Shown: piece after piece, positions 26,175-38,188 of the stretch
Layout: the number at the start of each line of letters is the position of its first letter
How positions within the stretch are numbered: position 1 is the first letter of the stretch
Assembly (NCBI GenBank): GCA_028534125.1
Contig: CM052816.1
Location: 61,940,001 to 62,004,000, forward strand
Direction of reading: 5' to 3'
DNA length: 64,000 bases
Origin: Lama glama
Lineage: Eukaryota
Notes under the pieces: model-generated
Seen by the model: the letters and a program-made list of their open reading frames with translations, nothing else
Told to the model about the DNA's origin: nothing
Databases searched by the model: none
Translations under genes and position numbers: made by a program

Positions 26175-27864
26175 CTAATCAAAAAAAAAAAAAGAAAGAA
26201 AGAAGAAAGAAAAAAAACGAAAAAAACAAAATTAGGAAGAAAAAGTTAAACAGATCTTATACATATCCTATTTTCAAAGCAACAGAATGGAATTTATAAG
26301 AAGAAACACAATCTATCAATAGACAATATTACTTAGTATTCAGGGGAAATAAAATATACTAAGGATCTATATTTCTATATTTTTAGCATAATATTAAGTG
26401 TTTGGCCCAGATCACAGATGCTTCATAGACTAATGATCAAAAATTCATCCTTAGTACTACCATTAAATACACTGAGTCAAGCATGACAGAAATAATGAAA
26501 GCTTTTAATTTTTATTAAAACTGGTTAGCAAAATGGGGATTTCTGAAAAACTAATAAACATATAGCACTGAGAGCACTAGAAATGGGAAGCAATTAATCT
26601 TGTGTCTGCCAAAATAATCTTAATATTTTAAAATTAATAAGTCATAAAAAATTATCAAATATAAAAACAAGCAATACACTTAGCTAAAAAAAAAAAATCC
26701 CATGGTAAGAAAAAACTAAGTTTTATTTTTTTTGAGTCTTCAAACTAAAGCATCACAAGGAAGATAAATAATAAGTTATTAAAACTCTCTTCTCAAATAC
26801 TGGAAAAATAAAAGACTTGGCAACAGAAGAGGAATTTTCATTTCATAACCTAGATGCAATCAATGACTACCACATCATCCCTAATATATTTGCTACACAT
26901 TAAAAACAAAAATAAAAACACCCAATTTTTGCACTTATCAAGATAAATCATAATAATGAAATATTGTATCTGAATATAGTGACAGTGACCTTTCTCTCAG
27001 AGATAAATTAGTTAAAATAAATGAATAAAAAACAAAAGGAAATCAAATATAAAGCTATATGTTATTTTGCCACAAGATATCTACTGCTTATTAAAATGTC
27101 TGGCTCACATTTGACAGTTTATAAAAGCAGCTTAACTTATTTACATTGTAGGACGTCAAGGAAAGAAACGAATATGTATTGAATACCTACACTATTGGGT
27201 TTTTTCAAATTCTCCTCATTTAATCTTCATAAGAACCAGGTGTTGTATTATAAATCTTCTGTTTTATAAGATGGGGAAACTGAAGCTCAGAAAGATTAAT
27301 AAACTTTGCTTCTTATAACTGGGGTAGGCAGGATTATACTTAAAGCTGTCTGAATCTAACACTTACAAATACAAAAAAAATCCCTAATACAGATGTTACA
27401 ATTCAGTAAAAGAGTAGGTTGAAATCTCTGATGTCTATTTCCACAAAATGGACAAAATTAATAATGTAAAGAATTTGTTCACAAAATACTGAAATATATT
27501 AAAGAAATTTCTATTTTTTTGAGAAAACTATCCTCAGGAAATAATCCAGAATACAGAAATGGCTTAATTTTTTTAAATATTTACAATAAGATTATTTTTA
27601 ATAGCACCAAAAAAGGGGGAGTAAAATAATGTAATAATTTTTTAGCTTAAGTTTTTAAAGTTATATATGGTATCTGAATACAAGAAATGCACATTTAGGG
27701 GAAAAAAGATACACGCACACAAAAGACATTCATATAGATATTATCCCTCAGTCCAAATTTGCCTCCCCTTCACTAATAAACAATTGTGACAAAAGGAAAT
27801 AAAGTGAACTAAATGAATCAGTGTTGCTTTTCAAGCTGAGTCAAAATGTTTCTACTATGATTAC

Positions 27865-27968
27865 TTTGTGCCTTTGGGTCTCAATCTCTTTACTTCTTCG
27901 TCTGGTTTGTCTCTTTTTGGCCTTTTTGTTTCTCTTGGAGTGATGTCATCAAAAGGATTAAACAAAAC
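27865..27968 (-). CDS. CWC27: CWC27 exon 6 (VLFNPFDDITPRETKRPKRDKPDEEVKRLRPKGT)
   Basis: 104 nt; CATAG|GTT acceptor, AA|GTAAT donor; conserved NPFDDI motif. Confidence 0.96.
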
Positions 27969-28602
27969 CTATGAAAAGAAATATTTTGAAAACATTATTC
28001 AATTTTTTTTAATTTCACAAAAAATTAAAACCAATATTTAATTATGTTGCTATTAGTGTCTATAATTTTTCCTCACATAACCATTATAACTGTAGTGATA
28101 TATATATACAAGAAAAAGTGCCTCCATTTCCATGGCCTCATTGTATTTTCCCAGTAATCCAATGTGCTACTAAAAGATGTTTTATCCCTATCTTAAAAAA
28201 GGGGAAAACAGTCAAGAAGGCATAATACATAACAAGAGAGACAGACTCAGGTATTTTGACTACAAATCAGATGCTCTATGGTTCTTGCTTCCTCAATGAA
28301 GGATCACTTAAATTACCTAAGAAATCACTTCATTGGGCTAAATAAACCTAATTCATCCAACTTTCTATTATGAGTTGAGCTTCCCATTCATTGAATTATC
28401 AGCTAAAGTTTCACCCTTGAATTCAAAACCTTCAATTAAACAAAATTCTTAGCCATCAATTGTGCCTAAATTACATAGATAAAACCTGAGCCATGATGTG
28501 AATTTATTATTAAGCCTATATCTGATAATTTAATAATGCAAATAACCAATTTCTCTTAAGTGATAATTTAAGTAATATATCTCATAATAATCATGTTTCT
28601 AC

Positions 28603-28701
28603 CTCACAGCTTTTTATTTTGTGTGGATTATGTGGTCTGTCTTCGTCATCAATGTCTACTTCTGTCAGTCGCAGCATGTTATATATTGTATCCCCCGTAA
28701 C
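28603..28701 (-). CDS. CWC27: CWC27 exon 5 (VTGDTIYNMLRLTEVDIDDEDRPHNPHKIKSCE)
   Basis: 99 nt; ATAG|GTT acceptor, GAG|GTAGAA donor; frame continuous. Confidence 0.96.
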
Positions 28702-28958
28702 CTATCAAATAAAAAGGAAGATTTAATTGCAAATTATTAAATTCATTCTTTGAAATAAGGAAAGCTTTCTGAAAGTATTTTTAAATAATTAAAAAGAGAA
28801 TTTCATATTATTATATGAATACATGTATTAAATAGTGTAAATAGAGCAATGTCATCTTAAGAGGAAAAGGCATTGATGAAGTTTAATCCCTCAGTAAGAT
28901 TTTTGGGAAATTTCCAATATATACTTAGTATCAATTTTATTAAAAATAAAAATATAGT

Positions 28959-29110
28959 GGAGGGGGAGGGTAGAGCTCAGTGGTAGAGCACATGCCTAGC
29001 ATGCACAAGGTCCTGGGTTCAATCCCAGTACCTCCATTAAAATAAATAAATAAATGAACCTAATTACCCACCCCACAAACAATCTGAAAAAAAAACATAA
29101 AGTAAAACAA
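28959..29110 (+). mobile_element. tRNA-derived SINE (vic-1-like)
   Basis: GGGGAGGGTAGAGCTCAGTGGTAGAGCACATGCCTAGCATGCACAAGGTCCTGGGTTCAATCCC, then a (TAAA)n tail. Confidence 0.88.
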
Positions 29111-30340
29111 AAAACATAATGCCAAATAACCTCCTTCTGAATGACTACTTTTTGTTCAAATATTATAAATAAATTTAGACTTCAGAATATGGTATAACAA
29201 GGAAATAACAATTACAATGTGGTAAGTGCTTTGCAGACATTATCCCATTTAATCTTCACAAATATCCTAAAAGTAGACACTATCATTATCTTCCTTCTCC
29301 AGGTAAGAAAATCGAGGATTCTAGAAGTTATAGAGCCAACAGTCATGGCCTTTCTGACTTCTAACCACCATGCGATACTTTGTCTCTAATGTGTGAGTTA
29401 TACAACATCAATTGTAAACAATGGTGCACAATGGAAACCTAAATCTCGTTTTATTTTTATTCTTTTTAAATAATCGAAAGGAAAATCTATGAACAGACAA
29501 CCGTGTTGGAGTGGCTCAAATATGCCCATGCATTTCTTAATCCATGTGCTTACATATTAAGCAACGATATTGTATTGCATGCTTTTGGCATGACTCCTTT
29601 CATTCAACATTTCTCAAAAGTTCTAAAATGATACCAGTTTTCCAGTTGTGCTAAGTTTGTGTTTTCCCTTTCATATTCATAAGATCCAGTTTTGACTAGG
29701 ATCTGGGGAAACCATTCTTACTGAACCAGCAGAGGGAGCCAATACACTAGTGATGTCTAACATGCGTAAGTCTTCAAACGGGAATATATTTAAGAAAAGG
29801 GAGAAATGTGACCAAAAACCCCGAAACCAAAAACAAACAAAAAAAACTTCAGAATCCCTTTTAAAGAAAACTACTGAAAATTCTATGAAAATAACGTTCC
29901 CTGATACGATGTTAAATGTCAGCAGGATTAAATAGGTACTATTCAAAGTTATATTTTGGGTAAAAAGTTTTAATGTTAACACAACTTCCATTTTAATTTA
30001 AGGAAATCTGTTATTAACAAAATAAACTTTAAACTACTAAATGTTATTACCTAACTGTCTTTCTAAAAATGTGAAAACAATATCAGCTGAGTGACACGGT
30101 AGCTAATAATATTGTTGATGTGATTTTAGAAAAAAGAAAAGTTAAAATTACAACCAATGACGTATTTGAAACACACATATACAAACTCCGGTGGTCCCTC
30201 AGAATTCATTATAACCAGAATATATAGTATTCCATCATTTTTAGAAATAAACAAATACCCTAGGGAATATCTTTATGAAGGCAGCTCTTGGATAACTTGA
30301 TCATATATGTCACTGAAGCCTAAGATAACGGAACACAAAC

Positions 30341-30484
30341 CTTTCCAAAGATGGTGTGCTTATTGTTAAGTTCATCTGCTCGACCCAGTGTAAAGAAAAA
30401 CTGGCTGCCGTTATCATGAGGGCCAGCATTTGCCATGGCAACCAGTCCTCTCCGATTAAAACGTAACCGTGAGTGGAATTCATC
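30341..30484 (-). CDS. CWC27: CWC27 exon 4 ([48 protein letters not shown])
   Basis: 144 nt; acceptor TTCAG|GAT, donor AAG|GTTTGT; contains the MANAG..DNGSQFF motif. Glu stands in place of the CypA Trp (ADELNNKH), characteristic of CWC27. Confidence 0.98.
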
Positions 30485-31962
30485 CTGAAGCATTGAAAAA
30501 AAAAGAAAAGAAGATTTAGTGAATGACCTCAGTTATAAGGCCCTTCATATTCATCTAACAAGCAAGATCCCATACAACTTCTAAGCCAAAATGCTTCAGT
30601 TTTACTTAACTGATTTTTCACATATAATCAAATCCAGTAGCTGTTGTTCCTTCAATGCTATTAAATTTGACTTCACTAACCTGTAAGAATCCTCTAAATA
30701 TACTCATCTCAAATTTAGCCTATTTTGTGGAAATCTGCCTATTTACACAGAGGAAGGGTACTCGACGGTAATGGATTTCTAAAATTAATTCTCCTATTCT
30801 TCCCATCTGCCAAAGCCATCTAAGCTTTTAGGACCTTCTACTTTTCCTCTAGGATAATTAGTTTTGAATCACTGCAGAGTCTTCAACTATTTCCTTCCCA
30901 AACCCATTCTAAATGTCATGAAACAATTGTTTTCTTATTTTTTAATTCAAGGACTCTAGTATGATTGTGTTATGTGCTTTACTGTGTTTTTTAAAGTCTT
31001 AAGTTAAATCTTCTCTGAACTGGCACTGGTCCCATTTGCCAGTTTTCAAAAGAGCAGGAGTAAGCCCTTCTAAGGTAGTTTTCTTGCTGTGGTGGGGCTA
31101 CATAACATGTACATTAGTCTTAGTTAATCGAATTTCTATCAAGACCTGAAATGACTAGACTCATTTATAATATAGCCATATTATGTAATCAATGCTTTTC
31201 AGAAAGGAAATTCTTTTTCCTTAATAAATTCTCAAGATATTTGAATTCAAAGGACCATAACTTTGTATATTGTATAAAAATAACTTAATTGAAAAACTTA
31301 CCGAGATGATTGTATGACCTAAACATAATAAGCAAAAATCTCAGTTTAGAAAGAAATTATCACAAAGATCTATTCTGTTACACCAAATAATAAAGGAGTG
31401 CATCATACTAGATGAAGAATCTAAAATAATGAGATATCTCAATTTTTTAAATATAAAATAGTCTAACAATGACATTTGAGACTTTTTAAAATAATCATTT
31501 CACATGCTCTAAGGCCATTATCATCTGAAAGTTAAAGCAAACAGTTCAAGCATTTTTCTCAAGAATCATACAGTAACCTACCATAAAATTAAAGGATACT
31601 CCAGATACTCTATCCCATTAGTATAAATGTGAAGTTTGCCAAAATTCCCATATTTTAAGAGTTATTGATGTTTATTCATTCAAAAAACATAATATTGGTA
31701 ACAACAGATTAATAAGTAACGTGTCCTTTAGCTTTTACTTGAACCCACTGTTATTTTTTAATATCTTAACTATGACATTAACTCTTTTTTTTGTTTTTAG
31801 ATCTATGTCGGCAGCTAACAAAGCATTGACCTCTCTTGATTAAAATTCACCCTTTTCTAACATTTTTTATGTTGCTTCTATCTTCTGGTTCCCCTTGTGA
31901 TTTCTTGTTATGGCATGCATTCTGTGCTACAAAGGTTTATGTGTACGATTTATAATGAATTC

Positions 31963-32325
31963 TGCTATGGACTGAATTGTGTCCGCACAAAGTTCATATG
32001 TTGAAGCGCTCAAGCCCAATGTGACTGTACTGGAGATAGGGCCTATAAGGAGATGAAAAAGACTAAACGACTTTGTAAGGGTGAAGTCTTAATCCAATAG
32101 GGCTGGTGCCCTTATAAGAGGAGGAAGACACCGGAGCGATCTCTCTCTACCATGTGAGGACACAACAAGAAGGCAGCCATTTGCAAGCCAGGAGGAGAAC
32201 CTTCACCAGGTACTGAATGTCAGCACCTTGATCTTGGACTTCCTAGACTCCAGAACTGCAAGAAGTAAATTCCTGTTGTTTAAGCTACCTGGTCAGATGT
32301 GTTTTGTTATAGCAGTTCAATATAA
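31963..32325 (+). mobile_element. MLT1A/B-like MaLR LTR
   Basis: tgctatggactgaattgtgtcc...ttcatatgttgaag...gcaagccaggaggaga..cttcacc...ttgatcttggacttcc..ctccagaactg. Confidence 0.8.
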
Positions 32326-32689
32326 ATTCTATATAGTGTTAAAAAAAATGTTTGAAAATAGGATGGCATATGCAATGTTCTAAGAGCTGCAGAGATCAGA
32401 CACAGTCGGATATACGTTTTATAGCCTTTTTTCTGACTCATATTTTCCTTACTACCACTTTTAACTTTACCTGAATTCAATCTAGCATGAAAGTTTGTGA
32501 TAAGACAAATGAGAGAGAAAGCTTGACAAGGTCTAAGTGCTGCTCTTACTCTGTTTAGTCCTAAATGTGTAATAACCCTGATTTTGTGCACTGATGTAAA
32601 ATGCATTTTCTTCTTGTAGGACGCAATCATTTTCGATTAAGCAATCCAAGCTGACTTGAAAATTAATAATAATAAAAATTCAGTCTCAC

Positions 32690-32802
32690 CTTGAACGGGG
32701 CTCCATAGACAGACTCTCCACCAGTCCCTGTGCCAGTAGGATCTCCCCCTTGGACTATAAAACCAGGTACCACCCTATGAAATATGGTGTTGTCATAATA
32801 TC
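32690..32802 (-). CDS. CWC27: CWC27 exon 3 ([38 protein letters not shown])
   Basis: 113 nt; pyrimidine tract plus CCCAG|GA acceptor; donor AAG|GTGAG; cyclophilin signature FHRV..GF.VQGGD. Confidence 0.98.
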
Positions 32803-33065
32803 CTGGGGGAAAAAAATAAAAGTAATTTATCAATGTCTAAAACTAAGTGTATCTACAGTTAATACAACTAGTCACAAGATTTTTTCCCCCAGAATGTTAA
32901 ATAGGCTCCTAAACCAAAATCTTTTCTTCCCTACTTATAAAATATCTACTTAAAACAGCACAATTTCTACAGAACCAAGGTAGTTGTTGTTTTGTATCTA
33001 TTTCCTGGATTCTCTCAAACTCTGGATAAACAGTTTTCAAAATAAAAATTAGACTTTTGGTAAAG

Positions 33066-33291
33066 CTCTGTGGTTCTCAACTAGAGGGAGGAGGAGTAGC
33101 AATTATGTTCCCTGGGGGACACTTGTCAATGTCTGGAAATATCTGGTTGCCACACATGGGAGATGTTACTGGATTCTAGTGGGTAAGGGGTCAGGGATAC
33201 TGGTAAACATACTACAAAACACAGGAAACCCCTACAACAAAGAATTACTGGCCCAAAATGTCAACAGCACTAGAGGTTGAGAAATCCTTGC
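33066..33291 (+). mobile_element. MER20 DNA transposon
   Basis: gtggttctcaac...gggggacacttgtcaatgtctgga...ggcccaaaatgtcaacag..gaggttgagaaa. Confidence 0.8.
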
Positions 33292-35061
33292 AGAGATAAA
33301 CAACTTATTTCCTAAGTCTTCCTAGTCTCCCCATAGAAAATTAATTTACACAAACAATATACAAATCCAAAATACATCAAAATTACTCACTGATTATAGG
33401 TCTAGCATCATCAATGCACCCTCATCAAGAAACTTCCAATAAATGAAACAAATACTCAACACAATATATAATTGAGCCCAACTAGACTCTTAGTAAGTTT
33501 GCTAAATGATTTATATTTATATATCATATATTATTTGGAAGCTATAAACATACGAGAGATCATATATGATCTCCTAATAGGTTGAGGTGAAGTCAATTAT
33601 TGAGTGTAGTCATAACTCAATCCATGCTGAGGACTGCAAAGCAGAGAGATGCAAAGAGCATACACAGTTCCCTAAAGGCTTCACAGAGCTACAGAACTGC
33701 GTGACACCAGATTTCTGATCCAACAGGATGATAAATGTCTTTATTATTTATATACAACCTAACTGAATACGACCTAACTCATTCAATAACAAATACTAAG
33801 TGCCTACTGTGGGCCAGGCATTTTGCTGCTACAACTACTGACATCACTCATAAAGACCAATGACGTGGGTACTTTGTGATACTTTACTAGTCAAAACATG
33901 ATTGTGGTTTATCATAATTAATAAAGTACTATAATACTGGAACTTGCAGACACCCTCATATTACTTAGATTTGCAAGCCATAATTGTATATAAAATCCAC
34001 ATTTTAAAACATGTGATCTATAATCTAACAACCGTATCCAGTATATAGGATGGATTGGAAGAAGTTGATAGAAAGAGTAACTGATTTTTTCAATCCCTTC
34101 TCCCTTGAAGAACTGTTGGGCTATATTCACAAAAGCTCCCCAGTACAGTTCTCCTTGTGGTTGCAAATAGAAACTATAAAAACCAAGAAGTCGAAAAGTA
34201 TCTCTCCTGCATCTCTAAGTAACCATTTACTCAGATTAACATTGTACATAGCAGTCAGGCGTTCTGAGCCTTGCCTCTTGTTAGCTATGCAACTTTAAAC
34301 TCAATTTTCTTTCTTTTTTTTTTTTCTTCTGTTTTTTTCCTTCAATTGAGATATAATTGACATATAACATTAGTTTCAGGTGTACAACATGATTCAATAT
34401 TTGTACATATTGCAAAATGATCATGGACAATAAATCTAGTAAACATCCACTACCATATATAGTTACAAATTTTATTTTACTTGTAATGAGAACTTTAAAG
34501 ATCTACTCTGTTAGTAACTTCCAAACATGTAACACAGTGTTATCAACTATGGACATCATGCTGTATAGGCAATTTCTCATTATAAAACTAATAATATAAA
34601 TTAACTTGGTGGTGTTCTGAAGATTAAGTAAGGTAACGTGGAGGTAACCTATAAATTTTCAAATTCAACATAAATAATAAACTTAATTATTTTCACTTAA
34701 ACCCTACAAATTCATATTCAAATCTGAATATAAAACACACACCAGTCTATATCAAAAAATGAAAATAATCCTTGAGGCTCATAATGTGCAGCCAATCAAC
34801 ATTTTTTTGAGCACATGATCAGATTCACTTTTTCAAATGGGATCACTTCAAATTCCAGTATGAAGGAATGACTAGAAGTGACAAGATTGAATAAAAGAGG
34901 GAGCAACTGCTGTCCCAAGACAGGAGCATGGCTTATCTTGAAATGCACAGATTCAAGAATTCTCTAGGAAGCAGGATCTTTAAGACTCAGAGATCTATTA
35001 TATGTGAGGGAAGGGATCATGAAAGAGGTCTTTACTACTGTGCTTTCAAATTGGGAAAATG

Positions 35062-35367
35062 GTCAAAAAGATACAAATTATCACTTATAAGATGAATGAA
35101 TGCTGAAGACTGAACATACAGCATGGAGATTATAGTAATAATACTGTACTGTATACTAGACATTTGTAGATCATGTTCTCACCACATACACACACACAAA
35201 AAGGTAGCTGTGTGATGGGATGGATTTGTTACTGAACGGTGATTGCGGTAATCATTTTACAATGTATATTTAATCATCACATTGTACACCTTTTAAAAAT
35301 CTTTTAAAAATGACATTGTCTATATACAATTTTTGTCAGTCATATCCCAATAAAGCTGGAAAAAAAT
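35062..35367 (+). mobile_element. Old L1 (L1MA-type) 3' end
   Basis: acagcatggagattatagtaataatactgtactgtatact...cccaataaagctgg plus an A tail. Confidence 0.7.
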
Positions 35368-37547
35368 GACTAAGAACCTCCCTTTAACTGTGAACACCAT
35401 TTTAAGTGAGAGCTGTATCTGAGGCTGTGCTCCCATTGGCTCATTTTTATTCATTTGCTTTTTAATTTTGGAAATTGTACCTTTAAAAAATATGAATATT
35501 AAAAGATCTAAAAATATTATGACTTGTTTAAATCATATAATCAGTGAATTAGAATGAGGTTCTCTAAATTAAATTTTTAAAACCTTGACTTTATTCATTT
35601 AGGAGCATCTTAATTTAACTTAGAGTCTTCTCAAGCATCTTGTTAGCCTTCACAATAATTCTATTTCTTACCTGTTCAATTAAGAGACTTGCTCAGTTAT
35701 TTTTCTATTATTTTTCTATTCTTTTTCCTTTCTCCTTATATTCTCAGAAATAGGGAAATGTTTTTTTTTGATGTTGTAATTAAGCTTCATCATCACTTAA
35801 CTTAAGAACCTTATTTCTTCTTCAGTGTCATATTATATCCAGATGTTTTCTGTTTCTTCCATTCACCTGGTCATGGATTATAATTTACCATTTATTCTTT
35901 CTATGTTTTTATACTTTCATTCTTCTGTAAAATTTGAGCTATTGATTCTTCAAAACTTCTTTCCAGAAACAGTCTGGCTTTTCTGTGTCTACTGTGTTTC
36001 ACGGCTCTGTTGACAGTTACTTGAGGCTTCTCTGCCTGAACTACCTGTCTGACTCAACTTCCTTCCTGCCTGCCATAGCAATTATTAATAATGGTCTTTA
36101 CAGATGCCTTCTTTTCTCTTTTTCTTTCTAGTCAGTTTGGGGGTTTTTTGTTTTGTTTTGAAGGGTTTGTTTTTGTTTTTTGGTATAGGTATTTTTATTT
36201 CTTAAGTCTTCCCCTGGTAATTTATCTATTTGTCTAACTATCTATTTGGGGAGCTCTCACTGTACCCTAATACAGGTTATTTTGTGCTCTCCTTCACATT
36301 TTGCTTTTGACTCAAAATGCTGTTTTCTAATATCTTGATTAACTCTGCCTATCACTAAAAATCAGATATAATTTAGAAGGACGATGATTTGCCAACACTG
36401 GAGATATCTGAAACAATATGCAGTATATTCTGAAAGTCAACAAGCTACAATGTTTAGAACATTTAATTCCATAGAATATAGCAATATAGAATAAATTATC
36501 TACATAGGAATATAAAATAAATAAATAACATTCTATAGAATGAAAGAATATTTTGAAGGGGAAAACACTCAAGTAGATGTAATTCTGTAAAGTTCGTTAG
36601 AAAGAAAAACAATTATTTTACATCTCAAATATAAGAATCATTATTGACATTGATAATAACATCACTGAATGCTGCATGGAAGGCTTCATGGAGAAAGTAG
36701 AATTTCAAACAACATTAAAAAGTGAGTTGACTTGAACAGTACAGAAAGGAAGAGAAAGTAGTCCAAAAAGGCAAGTGAGGATATGAGAAGATTCGGGATA
36801 TGAAGGAGGTATGAGTGGAAATGGGAAGGAACTGCTTAGGCATTAAAGATTATAACCAACTGAAGGCACATAGTTATTTAGTACGATAAAAAATAAAATT
36901 GGAAAGCTAGGAAGCTAAGCTGCCTGAGGATTCAACTACCAGGTGAATAACTGTCAGGGTAAAGTGATTAAAAATGAGAGAAAGGAAGATGGGGTAAAAG
37001 GCAATCACAATCACACAGCTGAAATTCAAAGCAGTCTGGTGAAGAAACTGGCAAATTTGGTTTTACACTAGTTTAGTTTCAGCTGATAGTGGAAAACTTG
37101 AGTAAAAAAGTCCACTAGGCAATCAGATCTGTAAATTAGACCTCAGGTGAGACAAAATGGCTGGAATTCTAAATTTGCTAGCCATTTGGATGGAAGTAAC
37201 ACCTGAAGCATAAAGACAACAGACAACTAGAGGCAATCTTAGGGATGCCCACATTTAGAGAATGAAGGAAAGAAGTGAAAAATGACCAAAGAAACCAAAA
37301 AGGATCAAAGAATTATTTGATGAGATAAATTTCTCTATTAAAGATATAAAGATTTATTGGGGGGGACTTTTTATCTCCTCTCTCCATTTCCTTGCACATA
37401 GCTCCAGACCTTATCAGTCATATCAACTCTCATCATTCATTACCACCATTTAACACTAGTTTGCAACATCGTGGAAAAATATGCTGCAGTTTATCTTTAA
37501 ATTAACAAAAGTTCTTCTACAGAATAAAACTCAAGAATTATAATTAC

Positions 37548-37644
37548 CTTCCAAACAAAGCTGAATGAAATTTCTGCAAGCTTTAGGAGTTTCTTTTGGC
37601 CACAACTCTATATCAATCTCTCCAGCTGTAGTTTTCAATAAAAC
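37548..37644 (-). CDS. CWC27: CWC27 exon 2, cyclophilin domain (VLLKTTAGEIDIELWPKETPKACRNFIQLCLE)
   Basis: 97 nt; acceptor CTACAG|GTT, donor GAAG|GTAAT; in frame with exon 1; typical cyclophilin N-terminal motif. Confidence 0.97.
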
Positions 37645-37944
37645 CTGTAGAAAGCATATAACATCATTAAATTAAATTATCATTTTGCTTGATAATCAGT
37701 TGATTGGCTGCTCACCTTGAAGCATTCACTACTGAGTTTTCAACTTAAAAATAAAAATTAGAAACTTTGCTTGGCTTTTGCTATCCTCAACAAATTTCAA
37801 ATATTCAGTGCAAGTCATTATACATTTTTATCTTTCAAACACTATTTTTGGAAATAATTTAGGCTTTAAGAAAAAAATAGCATATATGTTTTTTAATCAC
37901 AGGGAAAAACCCTCATTCATCTCAAAATCAATAACATAAATTTG

Positions 37945-38188
37945 GTTTTGGGGTTTTTTTTAACATTTTTTTATTGAGTTATAGTCATTTTACAATGTTG
38001 TGTCAAATTCCAGTGTAGAGCACAATTTTTCAGTTAGACATGAACATACATATATTCATTGTCACATTTTTTTTTTGCTGTGAGCTACCATAAGATCTTA
38101 TATGTATTTCCCTGTGCTATACAGTATAATCTTGCTTGTCTATTCTACATTTTGAAATCCCAGTCTGTCCCTTCCCACCTCCCCCCCC
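37945..38188 (-). mobile_element. Short young L1 3' tail
   Basis: Reverse complement of the tail of the L1 at 40525-41790; TSD CATAAATTTG at 37935-37944 and 38189-38198. Confidence 0.88.

Noticed and set aside
28959..29040. Functional tRNA gene
   Set aside because: It has A and B boxes but a degenerate acceptor stem and an A-rich tail, and several diverged copies are present, so it is a SINE.
33556..33573. Perfect 18-bp palindrome GAGATCATATATGATCTC
   Set aside because: One such AT-rich palindrome in 64 kb is plausible by chance, and there is no supporting context.
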